63,411 nucleotides of DNA. Origin: Methylomonas koyamae. Lineage in GTDB: Bacteria; Pseudomonadota; Gammaproteobacteria; Methylococcales; Methylomonadaceae. The translations under genes and the position numbers were made by a program. The notes under the pieces were generated by a model. The model did no database searches and had not been told where the DNA came from. It saw nothing but the letters and a program-made list of their open reading frames with translations. Below, in pieces: positions 40,126-49,978 of the stretch; positions within the stretch are counted from its first letter, which is position 1, and every line of letters starts with the position of its first letter. The stretch is taken from the NCBI GenBank assembly GCA_945877625.1, contig CAMCSF010000001.1, forward strand, positions 1 to 63,411, given 5' to 3'.

Positions 40126-41661
40126 TTAAACAATTTGTAATGCTTTAATAATCGGTAATTGTTTAAGCGCAAATGTCTGCGCTTGTTCGATTAACTCGCT
40201 TAAATTATCTTCTGCGGATTCTAATGTTTGGCCGTTTTTAACAATCTTCTGCCCTTGGGCTGTGAGAATTTGCCAAACAAATTTCGCCCATTCTTCAGGT
40301 TGTTTTTTGCCTTGGCTTAACGCTAGTAAAAATAATTGCGGGAATCGGCCAATAGCAATACCACCACCAGTCACTGGACTGGCTAAATAACTGATTTCAC
40401 TACTGCTTCGAGCGCGCATCATTAAATCGGCGTTTAGCTTATCGGTGAGTTTTTTAGCTTTGGCACTGATATTTTCATCTTGCGCGGCGCTGATATGTCC
40501 CATAGCGGTGATGACTAATATCGCTTGCAGCAACTGGGAAAAATTAATGTTGTGGGCGGCAACAATCTGTTCAATCTGCCCGAGTGTCTTGGCTTTATAA
40601 TCGGCTAACGCGTCTAAAATAGGGTTATAAATAGCAGCGGTTAATTCGGCTTCACCTAAATTGCCATTAATCTTTAAGACAATATCGGCTCGATGGCTAA
40701 TTAAAATCAGTTTTTGTTGTCTGAGTTGCTCTGATTGTTCCAAGCTGGTTAATTTACGCAGTCCTTTAACCCAATAATCTTTTCGGAACTGTTGATTCAC
40801 CATAAAGTCACGAACGCTTTGCTGGAACATACGGTCGGGAATTTCGTTGAGAAAACTTTGTTGTTCGCTGGTGAGATTTAATATTTCAACATGATCGGCA
40901 TAATTAGCTGAACAGGCATATTGCAGTTTGGCCGGCTCCAACCAGTGATACATGGTCGCAAAATGCATCGGGTGCCAGTCGCGATTAAAATATTCATGCG
41001 CGAGGTAATGCTTGTTTTGCTGTTTGAGTTTGCTAATCCGCTCGGCAACTAAAGGATTGGCTTTTGAAAACATTGGATTGGTGGCTAATAATTTATCGGC
41101 AAAATCAATAGCGCCATCAATGCGATTGATAATACCGCGCCCTTCCGAACCCAAAATCTCGGCGTGTTCTGTCATTAAATGGCGTATCGGTGCAAATGCG
41201 GCCCAGCCAGGTTGGGTGTTGTAGCTGATGTAAAGCACGCCACCGACTTTCAATTTACGCTTAATAAAGTCAACGATGATGTGTTTGTTATCGTCGCTAA
41301 TCCAGCTCCAGATACCGTGTAAGCCTATATAGTCAAAATCCGGTAAATCGTCGCGATGGGCGAATTCGTCAAATGCTTGGTCGTAGAGTTTGCTATCGGC
41401 GCCGGATGCTGCTGCAACTTCTTGAGCAAAAGCGGCTTGACTGGGATTGAAGTCGGTACCGAACCATGAGCTGACTGAGGCGGAAGCATGAATATTAGCG
41501 CTGATGCCTTGGCCGAATCCTAACTCGCAGGCATGACCAACTTTAGGAAACTGGATGCCGGCATTTAAGAAGGCGAGTTTGATTCGTAATGGGTTAAGTT
41601 CTAAATAGTAACCGTAGGTATAGCCAACATCAGCCACATAGCCAGCTGTCCAGTCATTCAT
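40126..41661 (-). CDS. Class I SAM-dependent methyltransferase with methyltransferase regulatory domain
   Basis: YTYGYY.ELNP, ELGFGQG, FDYIGLHGIWSW, YLAHEYFN, NQQFRKDYW. Confidence 0.85.
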   Translation of the reverse strand: MNDWTAGYVADVGYTYGYYLELNPLRIKLAFLNAGIQFPKVGHACELGFGQGISANIHASASVSSWFGTDFNPSQAAFAQEVAAASGADSKLYDQAFDEFAHRDDLPDFDYIGLHGIWSWISDDNKHIIVDFIKRKLKVGGVLYISYNTQPGWAAFAPIRHLMTEHAEILGSEGRGIINRIDGAIDFADKLLATNPMFSKANPLVAERISKLKQQNKHYLAHEYFNRDWHPMHFATMYHWLEPAKLQYACSANYADHVEILNLTSEQQSFLNEIPDRMFQQSVRDFMVNQQFRKDYWVKGLRKLTSLEQSEQLRQQKLILISHRADIVLKINGNLGEAELTAAIYNPILDALADYKAKTLGQIEQIVAAHNINFSQLLQAILVITAMGHISAAQDENISAKAKKLTDKLNADLMMRARSSSEISYLASPVTGGGIAIGRFPQLFLLALSQGKKQPEEWAKFVWQILTAQGQKIVKNGQTLESAEDNLSELIEQAQTFALKQLPIIKALQIV

Positions 41662-41715
41662 AGTATTTCCTTAAACAGGGTTTTGTCTAAATACACCTTT
41701 TAGAGATGTACTAAG

Positions 41716-41747
41716 AAAAAACCCCATCCCTTAAGAGATGAGGTTTT
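41716..41747 (-). terminator. Intrinsic terminator downstream of S-layer gene B
   Basis: Minus strand AAAACCTCATCTC-ttaa-GGGATGGGGTTTTTT. Confidence 0.78.
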
Positions 41748-41800
41748 AAACTTACTTCAGATCACCACTTAACTGAATAAGTGGGTAAGCTTTTTAGCTT

Positions 41801-44800
41801 TTATGCCAAAGTAAAGGTAGCGCCTGCAAGATCAGCAGTACTCAAATCGACTAAACCAGACAGTTTAATAATCATATCTGTACCGTTTACAAAGCTGGCA
41901 TTGTTGCCTGAACCATCATGACGGCTTTCAACCAAGTAAGTATCACCGCCGAATTGGAACCAACCAAAAGCACCATTAACACTAGCATTGCCAGCTTGTT
42001 GAACCACCGCGTTTGCATAATCTTGGAACACAGCGGTGCCAGCTAAATCCACTTGATTGGTATCAAAAGTTTCTGTACCTAAGTCATTAAAAGTAATTGA
42101 TAGCTCACTATGTGCATCGATGATGGTTGTGTAGCTGTTTACGTTAGCACCTGCTGATGTGATGTTTACCACGTCGGCACCAGTGCCTAATGTCAGGCTA
42201 TTTTGACCACCACCAACAGTCACTGTATCGACACCTGTACCACCGGTATAGGTATTGTTACCTGTTGTTGCCGTGAAGCTGTTAGCGCCATTACCCAGAT
42301 TGACAATATTGTTACCTGTTGTAGCAACCACTGTATCGTCATCATTACCAGCAGTAATTTTATTGTTGCCTGAAGATACGGTAACGCTGTTAGTGCCATC
42401 ACCTAAGGTAATGATATTGGCCTTACCGTTGCTAGCAGTAAACGAGTCATCGCCTTCGCCACCGGTGTAGGTGACAGCGGCTGTTGTAGCAGTAGCAACA
42501 ATAGTGTTGTCACCTGTTGCCGAACCTTTAATGGTTGACGCAGCCGTTAATGCACCACTGGTCCAAGTAAAGCCACCCAATTCGATACCACTGGCATCAA
42601 CATTGGTAAGCGCTGTGCTAGTTGCAGTCAAAGTAAGACCGGCATTACCTGTCACAGTAATGGTTTTAACTGAGTTACCTAACAGCGTTATAGTGTCATT
42701 GAATTTGCCAGTCGGATCAGCTTGGGTATCTGCTACTGCGATATTAAATGTTTCAACACCACTGGCAGTAATACCAGTTCCAGCAAATGCAACAGCAGAA
42801 CCAGAGCCATCAGTCAAATTCAGGTTAATAACATCACTTGTGCCTGCAGTAAAAGCTGAATTACCCAAGGTGTAAGCGGTACCGGCACCGGTTAATGTCA
42901 AGCTACCATCGCTAACAATATTGCTTAAGGTTAAACCGTTACCACCTGAGGTCGTGACATCGTTGAAACTACCCAATACTGATAAATCGATAGTTTGATT
43001 GGTTGCGCCAGTTAATGTTAATTTTTCAAAACCGACCACTTGACCGGCGAATGTAGAGCTAGCAGATGCAGTTGCAGCCAAGGCAGCTGTCATTTTGATA
43101 CTATCAGAACCATCGCCACTAATAATTTGGGCAGTTGGCGTAACGGAGACACCAGTAATATCAACAGAATCATTACCAGCACCTAACGAGATAGTCTTAG
43201 TAATAGTACCGCTAGTGACCTTAACATCATCGACACCCGCACCACCTGTAAAGGTCGCTTTGCTGGCGTCTATAATCACCGTTGAGGCACCTGTTGTTGC
43301 AGAGGTATCAACCGCAGTGATTAACGCGCCAGAAAGGTCAGCTGATAAACCAGCAGAACCACTAACAGTAACGGTTTCTAATGCAGTCAAACCTGCAGAA
43401 GAAGTCAATGTTAAACCTTTAGAACCAGCAACAGTCAGTGCAGTTACTCCGCCGAAAGTCATGTTTGCAAACTTAGAATTTGCACCAGAGGTAGTCACGT
43501 TCAAAGTGGTGTAAATATCGGCATCATCCAGTGTGCCACCGGTTTGGCCATTAACAGTCAAGGCTAAAGTCTTGTTGGTTGGCGTTGTTAAACCACTGTT
43601 GTCAATGATGATGTTTCCAGAACCATTAGCAACGTTCAGAGTGGTTAACGCATTATCATAAATACCCAAAGAGGTAAAACTATTGACAGTCACTGAAGTA
43701 ATAGTGCCTGCACTATCAGCGCCAGCATTCACATCGTCAATCGATACTGAATTGGCGTTGACACCGGCTACTGTGGCTGAGGCTGTTGCCTTCATTTCAT
43801 TGGTCACGGTCACAGCGGTTGTGGCTGTGGTGCCAATGATATTGACCGTCCCATTGGTGTTGGTGGTGTTGACGCTGTTGTTTTGGACTGTGGTGATGTC
43901 GATCGTGGCGCCGCCTTTGATGTTGATCGAACCTGTGGTTGCGCCGTTCGCATTGTTGGTACTGGAGATGGTCACTGCACCTGTTGGAGCGGTATTATTG
44001 CCAACGGTGATGGTGCCGCCGCCAGATGCATCGATTACATTCACTGCCACAGTGGAGCCGCCATTCACAATCGTCGAGTTACCACCCGCGTTGGTGTTAG
44101 TCACGGACACTGCTGTTGATGCGCCAGCTGTTACAGAAGTCGCACCTGAAGTGGCGCCAGTCGCTTGAACAGTCAGTTCTGTCAAATCAGTCCAAGTGGA
44201 GGTATTCAAAACCACTTTACGATCGCTGGTTACGATAGCTTCCTCAATGCCAGATACGCTCAGACCGGATGTCGTAGTGTCGTCGAACGCATTGCCAACT
44301 GAGAAAATATTCAGTGTATCGCTACCCGCATCACCTTTGATTGTGTCAAACGAGGACAACGACTGCACTGCGCCAGTATTGGTCGCATTGAACGTGTCAT
44401 TGCCTGAGCTGCCTGTGAACGTGTCGATACCAACAGTGAGCGTGAACACATTAGATGCAACAGTACCTGGTGCAGCATTGGCCGCATTATTTTCCGCATA
44501 ATCAATCGCGTTATCAACTGAGCTATTCCAAGCCGTAGCTGCTGCTGCATAAACATTGTTTGAGCCACTCAAAGTAGCGAAGTCGTTCAAAATTTGCTGA
44601 ATGACGGCACCACGTTTTTCATAGCTGACTGCATCCAATTGATTTTTAACGTAAGTAACAGCATCAGCAACTTGAGTGGCTGTTAATCCATTGCTACCAG
44701 TAACAATACCGACGTTTTTAACCAATTCAATCGCTACATCAGTGGTTGATGAATTGCCAATAGAACCGATATAAACCGAGTTGAATAAGTTTGATAATGC

Positions 44801-44923
44801 ATCGACAGATGAACCAGCTGGTGGAACAAATTGATTCAGCATGGTTGAACCTAATTGAACGTTATACAAGGCGAGTGCATGACGTTGAATTTGTACTTGT
44901 GAAGTTACTAATGAATAAGACAT
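41801..44923 (-). CDS. S-layer-like protein B (RsaA/SapA-like)
   Basis: Thr/Ala/Gly/Asn-rich, no Cys, RTX-like repeats, C-terminal WFQFGGDTYLV..IIKLSGLVDLS; N-terminus homologous to protein A. Confidence 0.82.
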   Translation of the reverse strand: MSYSLVTSQVQIQRHALALYNVQLGSTMLNQFVPPAGSSVDALSNLFNSVYIGSIGNSSTTDVAIELVKNVGIVTGSNGLTATQVADAVTYVKNQLDAVSYEKRGAVIQQILNDFATLSGSNNVYAAAATAWNSSVDNAIDYAENNAANAAPGTVASNVFTLTVGIDTFTGSSGNDTFNATNTGAVQSLSSFDTIKGDAGSDTLNIFSVGNAFDDTTTSGLSVSGIEEAIVTSDRKVVLNTSTWTDLTELTVQATGATSGATSVTAGASTAVSVTNTNAGGNSTIVNGGSTVAVNVIDASGGGTITVGNNTAPTGAVTISSTNNANGATTGSINIKGGATIDITTVQNNSVNTTNTNGTVNIIGTTATTAVTVTNEMKATASATVAGVNANSVSIDDVNAGADSAGTITSVTVNSFTSLGIYDNALTTLNVANGSGNIIIDNSGLTTPTNKTLALTVNGQTGGTLDDADIYTTLNVTTSGANSKFANMTFGGVTALTVAGSKGLTLTSSAGLTALETVTVSGSAGLSADLSGALITAVDTSATTGASTVIIDASKATFTGGAGVDDVKVTSGTITKTISLGAGNDSVDITGVSVTPTAQIISGDGSDSIKMTAALAATASASSTFAGQVVGFEKLTLTGATNQTIDLSVLGSFNDVTTSGGNGLTLSNIVSDGSLTLTGAGTAYTLGNSAFTAGTSDVINLNLTDGSGSAVAFAGTGITASGVETFNIAVADTQADPTGKFNDTITLLGNSVKTITVTGNAGLTLTATSTALTNVDASGIELGGFTWTSGALTAASTIKGSATGDNTIVATATTAAVTYTGGEGDDSFTASNGKANIITLGDGTNSVTVSSGNNKITAGNDDDTVVATTGNNIVNLGNGANSFTATTGNNTYTGGTGVDTVTVGGGQNSLTLGTGADVVNITSAGANVNSYTTIIDAHSELSITFNDLGTETFDTNQVDLAGTAVFQDYANAVVQQAGNASVNGAFGWFQFGGDTYLVESRHDGSGNNASFVNGTDMIIKLSGLVDLSTADLAGATFTLA

Positions 44924-45030
44924 AAATTTTCCTTTTTAAAAAATATTTCGTTTCTTTGCAAAGAATCCGAAGTTGAATTCTTTAAGAATTCAATCGACTG
45001 AAGAACCTTTTAAAAGCCCCTCAGCGGATT
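44924..45030 (-). ncRNA. Candidate structured 5' leader of S-layer gene B
   Basis: Same fold as 28626-28735, with compensatory changes. Confidence 0.6.
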
Positions 45031-45522
45031 AAACTGATTTGTTAAAAACAGGTTTTATGTGAGTATTTTTGGCTGACTGGTAGTGAACCACTGGGTTTGT
45101 TTATATTGGTTGTTGTTGATTATTAAGGGGTATTGGTTTTTTTGAGAGAGGCGATATTGGCGTGTCTTCGTATTGCCTACGAGAGAGGTGTGTTGATGGT
45201 ATGAAGGGGATGGTTTTTGGCTTGTAAATTTGTATTAAAAACAGTGAGTTATCGTGATTTTTGTTTTTATTTTTAGTGTTGAAATTCGCATATAAATTAA
45301 TGAAAAAATATGAATTATTATAATAATATTTACAAATGTAATTTTTGTTAATAGAATTAATGCTTTCTTTTAAGGGGGGTTGGTTGGTTTTTCTGTTTTG
45401 TAATAAACTGGAAGTTTCATGGGCTTGGTGTTTTGATTTTAGTTACATATGTAGTTATTGATAATGGTAAAAAAATAGCATTAAGTCATAATTAAGGTTC
45501 TATAGTGTGTGTGGTGCTAACT

Positions 45523-46692
45523 ATGCCGAAAATCTGTCTAACATCTAAAATAATAAAAAGCACAAAATGTCATCAAGGTGAATCCAAGATCAATTTATTC
45601 GATGAGAAGTGTAAGGGGTTGTTATTAGAAGTTCGTTGCTCAGGTCGAAAAACTTATTACCTGCGCTATCAAGATGAAAGAAGTAAGACTAGGCAATATC
45701 GAATTGCAGATGCTCAGGATATTTCGTTATGTCAAGTAAGGCGACTTGCGAATAAATACAGAAATAATATAGCTTTAGGTCTTGATCCTGCCGCTAGGAG
45801 AGAGGCGTTAAAGAAAATCCCAAAATTATGTAATTTTATTGACGACAGTTATTTGCCGTACATAAAGACCTATAAACGTTCGTGGAAGACTGATTTGTCG
45901 CTGATAAAAAATCATGTGCTACCAAATTTTGGTGACTTTTATATGGATGAGGTTACTAAGAGTGTCATTATTCAATTCTTATCGAGGCATATTGAAACCC
46001 ATAAGCCTGGTTCTGTTAACCGTGTCATTATTTTAATCAGGTATATCTATAATCTTGCGTTACGCTGGGAAACTTGCGGGCTTACTAAGAACCCGACCGA
46101 CGGTATTCAACTATTTGAAGAAAATAACAAAAAAGAGCGGTATTTAACTGCTAACGAAGTTAATTCTTTAATTGCGGCAATACAGGATTCTGATAATAAG
46201 ATGTTGAAATATATTATTCCAATGTTGATTTTAACAGGTGCTCGTAAACAAGAAGTTTTGAAAGCTAGGTGGGAAGATTTTAATTTTGAACAACGTATCT
46301 GGCGAATTCCGATGAGTAAGTCTGGTAAAGCAAGGCATGTGCCAATCTCGGATGGCTTGAAATTAGTGCTTGATTCGGTGCCAAAAATTGCTGAATTACC
46401 TTGGGTGTTTATCAATCCTAGAACGTCAAAACCGTTTACTAACTTTTTCTATTCTTGGGATACGGTAAGAAAGTCTGTTGGATTAAGTGATGTAAGGATC
46501 CATGATCTTAGGCATAGTTTTGCGTCATTTTTGGTCAATAATGGTCGTAGTTTGTACGAAGTTCAGCGAATCTTAGGGCATACAAATATTAAGACTACTC
46601 AGCGTTATGCGCATTTGAGTAATGAGTCATTGTTGGCGGCGGCAAATGAAGTGACTAAAGCTATCCCGTTTATTGTGCAGATGTCTAATTAA
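45523..46692 (+). CDS. Tyrosine recombinase/integrase with N-terminal arm-binding-like domain
   Basis: Catalytic set intact: TGAR, SKSGK, HDLRH, LGH, RYAH; N-terminal KGLLLEV..SGRKTYYLRY. Confidence 0.92.
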   Translation: MPKICLTSKIIKSTKCHQGESKINLFDEKCKGLLLEVRCSGRKTYYLRYQDERSKTRQYRIADAQDISLCQVRRLANKYRNNIALGLDPAARREALKKIPKLCNFIDDSYLPYIKTYKRSWKTDLSLIKNHVLPNFGDFYMDEVTKSVIIQFLSRHIETHKPGSVNRVIILIRYIYNLALRWETCGLTKNPTDGIQLFEENNKKERYLTANEVNSLIAAIQDSDNKMLKYIIPMLILTGARKQEVLKARWEDFNFEQRIWRIPMSKSGKARHVPISDGLKLVLDSVPKIAELPWVFINPRTSKPFTNFFYSWDTVRKSVGLSDVRIHDLRHSFASFLVNNGRSLYEVQRILGHTNIKTTQRYAHLSNESLLAAANEVTKAIPFIVQMSN

Positions 46693-46727
46693 CTGATGCT
46701 ATGAAACATTATACTTTTGATTAGTCG

Positions 46728-47660
46728 TTAAACTTTCTTTAACATGGCAGCAATCATTAATGAGATGGTTCCTCTGCGAGTTTGGCGATACAAACCACAC
46801 ACTTCGATCATCCGATAACGGTGGAGAAGATGCGAATTACGTAATCTTAAAAATAGATCTAAAATTTCAATGGCATTATCAGTTAATAAATGTCGACACT
46901 GTTGCAGTGCAGATATATTAATATCATTCCATTGTTTAAATCGACCAGAAATAGCCATAATAAAACGTTCAGCAATAGCGGCTAATGAAGTATTTCCTCC
47001 AATCAATGCATCAGGATGTTGGCGATAATAAATGTAAGGGTTTGGGTCATAAGTTACCTTGCCTCCCGTTGCCATGACAATGATATATAGCCACCAATCA
47101 TGAGAAACCACATTTAGGTTTCCAGTTGCTTCAAGTAATGCTTTTGCCGCAGGATTAAAAACCATCGTGTTACCTCCAGCAATACTTTGAACCAAGGCGT
47201 TACGAAAGCGGCGTGGATAAATAAATAGAGGTGATTGGCCAATCATCTTTAGGTCTTCGGTAACATAAGTGGTGCGTCCACAGTAGACTGTAGGAATGGT
47301 GGGGTCTTGAGTAGCGAGATAGTCTATAGCGACTTGAAGTTTTTCAGGATACCAAACATCATCTTGGTCGGAAAAAGCATAATAATCAGCTTTAATAGAG
47401 GGATCACATGCCATGCTTAAAAAATTATGACAGTATCCTTTTGATGGGCCTTGGCGAATTTCTAGTTTATCTGAGCCCCAAGCATTTTGATAAGTTTTAA
47501 GAATATCGATGGTGTTGTCTTTAGATTTGTCATCGCTTGCGATTAATCGCCAGTTGGTAGATGTTTGCTGGGTAAATGAGTCCAGTTGTTCGCTTAAAAA
47601 GCGTTGTCCATTGTAGGTGGCCATCAATATTGCAATTTTAGGCTGTTGTTTGTTATCCAT
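46728..47660 (-). CDS. GT2 glycosyltransferase (rhamnosyltransferase-like)
   Basis: LMATYNG.RFL.EQLDS, FSDQDDVW, HDWW, YRQH. Confidence 0.9.
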   Translation of the reverse strand: MDNKQQPKIAILMATYNGQRFLSEQLDSFTQQTSTNWRLIASDDKSKDNTIDILKTYQNAWGSDKLEIRQGPSKGYCHNFLSMACDPSIKADYYAFSDQDDVWYPEKLQVAIDYLATQDPTIPTVYCGRTTYVTEDLKMIGQSPLFIYPRRFRNALVQSIAGGNTMVFNPAAKALLEATGNLNVVSHDWWLYIIVMATGGKVTYDPNPYIYYRQHPDALIGGNTSLAAIAERFIMAISGRFKQWNDINISALQQCRHLLTDNAIEILDLFLRLRNSHLLHRYRMIEVCGLYRQTRRGTISLMIAAMLKKV

Positions 47661-47924
47661 TTATTAACGCTGACATTTGATAAGTATAATTGATTTTTTA
47701 ATCGTATTTAAAAGTTATGCTAGGTTAGGAATTATACTTTTTAACTAAGAGTGGTTCAACTTAAAGATGCTAATTATTGTGTTGATGTATAAGTGTTTTT
47801 TAACAAAATAAGTTAGTAATAGATATTGGTTTTTTTTATATATTTGAACTCAGGTGCTAAGTAAATCGATAAGTATCTAAATAAAAGTCTTTTCGGTATA
47901 GAGTTGCAATTTTTGTGCAAAAAA

Positions 47925-48053
47925 ATGTCGCGCTCACGTTACGTTAGTCAGTTATCAGAGTCCAAACGATTAACATTACAGGAAATTTACAGAACGCACC
48001 ATGTATTTATTTGTCGTCAACGCGCCCAGGCGATCTTGCTAAGTCATAAGGGC
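47925..48053 (+). pseudogene. IS630-family transposase N-terminal remnant
   Basis: SQLSESKRLTLQEIY..RQRAQAILLSHKG resembles the IS630 HTH region; similarity ends abruptly. Confidence 0.6.
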
Positions 48054-48057
48054 CCCA

Positions 48058-48138
48058 CTGCAACTCAGCGATGCAGAAATGAATCGAATCAACGCCCAAC
48101 TAGCCATCGCCTAAACCGCCTACGCTAATGTGTTGAAA
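48058..48138 (+). pseudogene. Third, broken copy of the DUF6447-like small gene
   Basis: Reads LQLSDAEMNRINAQLAIA*TAYANVLK versus LSFADQEIARLNGQLAMAQTARIAYANALK in copy 1. Confidence 0.72.
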
Positions 48139-48188
48139 TGTTCAGATGGCGCGTCATTGTTAAGGGACGATGATTATCTATCCTCAGA

Positions 48189-48643
48189 CCTGATTAGCAA
48201 TATAACTCAGCCATCAATCCTAGAGGAGAGTAAACTGAACTAACCTTGAAAATTCAAGAGGTTAGCCGCCATGTGCTGAATGGGCTCAAAACAATCTGAT
48301 GCCCGATAGTTATGTGTATACCGATGGACTCGCTTGTTTCGGCGCTGTCATGGCCGTCGGTTGTCACCATCATGTTGTCTTGCTGGTGGTCGAAAACCCG
48401 CCGAACTTCCCGATTTTCTTTGGGTTAACACCATTTTGGGCAATCTGAAAACACTTTAGGCGGTGCGCATCATGCCTTTAATTTTCCTAAATATGCTTCT
48501 CGTTATCTGTCTGCCTTTGCTTATCGATTTAATCGACGCTTCAGATTGGATACGCTACCGATAACACTTATCACTGATTCAGCCGGTTCTAGCCCTCATC
48601 CAGCTAAATTATTACGTTCGGCTGAGTTATCTAGCTAATCAGG
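48189..48643 (+). mobile_element. Internally deleted IS1595-family element (455 bp) with 8-bp target duplication
   Basis: Ends CCTGATTAGCAATATAACTCAGCC / GGCTGAGTTATCTAGCTAATCAGG; TCCTCAGA on both flanks (48181-48188, 48644-48651); retains WVNTILGNLK and YLSAFAYRFNRRF. Confidence 0.92.
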
Positions 48644-49878
48644 TCCTCAGAAGCGCGATAATTATTCAAAACTTTGGTGGCTAAAATACCCAATAAACTG
48701 AAGAATAATCCAATAAAAAAGCCACTAAGTATGGGTAATAATAAGCTAGGTTTTACAGCGGTAGGCGCCAGAAAGCTTTCTAAGAATTTACTAAAACGTG
48801 TTTTAGTGGCAATTAAATCAGCCAATATTTCATTCACTGCATTCATGTTTTTTATGTCGGTGGGTTGAATGTTACTTCTAATGTCTTCTTGAACTTTAAT
48901 TAATTGATCAACTAATACCATGCCGTCTTTGTTGTTAGAGTTGATTAATGGTAATGCGTGTGCAACAAATTGTTTGATAATTAAATTACGCATTAAGCTG
49001 TCATTCAATTTTGAAAGTGTTTCTTTAGTAGTATAAATATCAGTATTTATGGCAACCAATTGGGTGCTGATGGGAAGGTATTTAGATGCGGCATCTTTAG
49101 GGTCAATGATGTTTTGAATATTAGCGCCGACATTGGCTGGAAAACGTTGTCTTAGTTCCTCAAGGTTTTGAGCTTTACTTGATAAATACTGTAACTCAAC
49201 TTCAGCAGTCGTGATTTTATGTTGTACTTCAGCATCCAATGACAAAGCTTCAGATTCGTAACCATTCAAAATCTCCTTTAGTGTCAAATAAATGAAGGCG
49301 TTATGGATGAATTGATTGATTTTTTCTACGTTATTCAAGGCTTCTTGTTTGTTAGGTGATGAATAATTGATAATTAAATTAGTAATTGATGTACCTGCGG
49401 TGTCCTGTAACTCTTTACTAATACCTGCTAAATCTTTTGCGTCAGATTTAGAAATAGTATAAGTGGGTAAAACATTTTTAGACCACCATTTGGAATCTGA
49501 AAGTTCTTTAAATAAATCAATATCAATAGATGAGGTGCTTTCACTTGCAACTAAATCAGAAGCTAAACTGGGAAAGTTCTTAGATAAACTGCGCCAAGAA
49601 ACAAAGTCAATACCCGTAGTCATATTTTTTTTGTCTTTGTTGTCTTTGTTGTCTTTGTTGTCTTTGTTGTCTTTTCTTTCAATAGAGATATTGTTAATCA
49701 CTAACTCAGCTTTATATTCTGCAAAAACAAACCACCCTGAAATGCCTAATAGTCCGCCTAATAAGCCGCCTAATGCAATTTTTTTCCAGTTGTCGATAAA
49801 AAAAACAAAGATTTCTCCCAAGCTTATTTCAGGATCATTTTGTAAAAGATTATCTTGAGAACTATAAGATTCATTCAT
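48631..49878 (-). CDS. Polysaccharide co-polymerase / chain-length determinant (Wzz-like)
   Basis: EISLGEIF..WKKI, N- and C-terminal TM helices flanking a helical periplasmic region; last gene of the Wzx/Wzy cluster. Confidence 0.7.
   Translation of the reverse strand: MNESYSSQDNLLQNDPEISLGEIFVFFIDNWKKIALGGLLGGLLGISGWFVFAEYKAELVINNISIERKDNKDNKDNKDNKDKKNMTTGIDFVSWRSLSKNFPSLASDLVASESTSSIDIDLFKELSDSKWWSKNVLPTYTISKSDAKDLAGISKELQDTAGTSITNLIINYSSPNKQEALNNVEKINQFIHNAFIYLTLKEILNGYESEALSLDAEVQHKITTAEVELQYLSSKAQNLEELRQRFPANVGANIQNIIDPKDAASKYLPISTQLVAINTDIYTTKETLSKLNDSLMRNLIIKQFVAHALPLINSNNKDGMVLVDQLIKVQEDIRSNIQPTDIKNMNAVNEILADLIATKTRFSKFLESFLAPTAVKPSLLLPILSGFFIGLFFSLLGILATKVLNNYRASEDLIS
49631..49675. 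repeat. 9-bp tandem repeat (TTGTCTTTG) x5 encoding (KDN)n
   Basis: Four perfect units and one 8/9 unit. Confidence 0.92.
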
Positions 49879-49928
49879 AAATATTACTCGATATAAAAAT
49901 AACAGTTTTAAAAAATTCCGATAAACCA

Positions 49929-49955
49929 CGTAGGGTGCGCGGTGCATGCCCTACG
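49929..49955. repeat. GTAG-type REP-like hairpin
   Basis: CGTAGGGTGCGCGGTGCATGCCCTACG, intergenic. Confidence 0.6.
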
Positions 49956-49978
49956 GTTTTAAAATGGGTTAAGCGTTG

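Noticed and set aside
45140-45500. Small invertible promoter or att site between S-layer B and the recombinase
   Set aside because: Only short, imperfect AT-rich inverted matches; no tRNA or convincing att duplication seen.
45523-46692. Prophage or ICE
   Set aside because: No phage structural, replication, excisionase or conjugation genes nearby.
47904-48128. 74-aa ORF as a real gene
   Set aside because: Chimera of an IS630 remnant and an out-of-frame fragment of the small-protein pseudogene.
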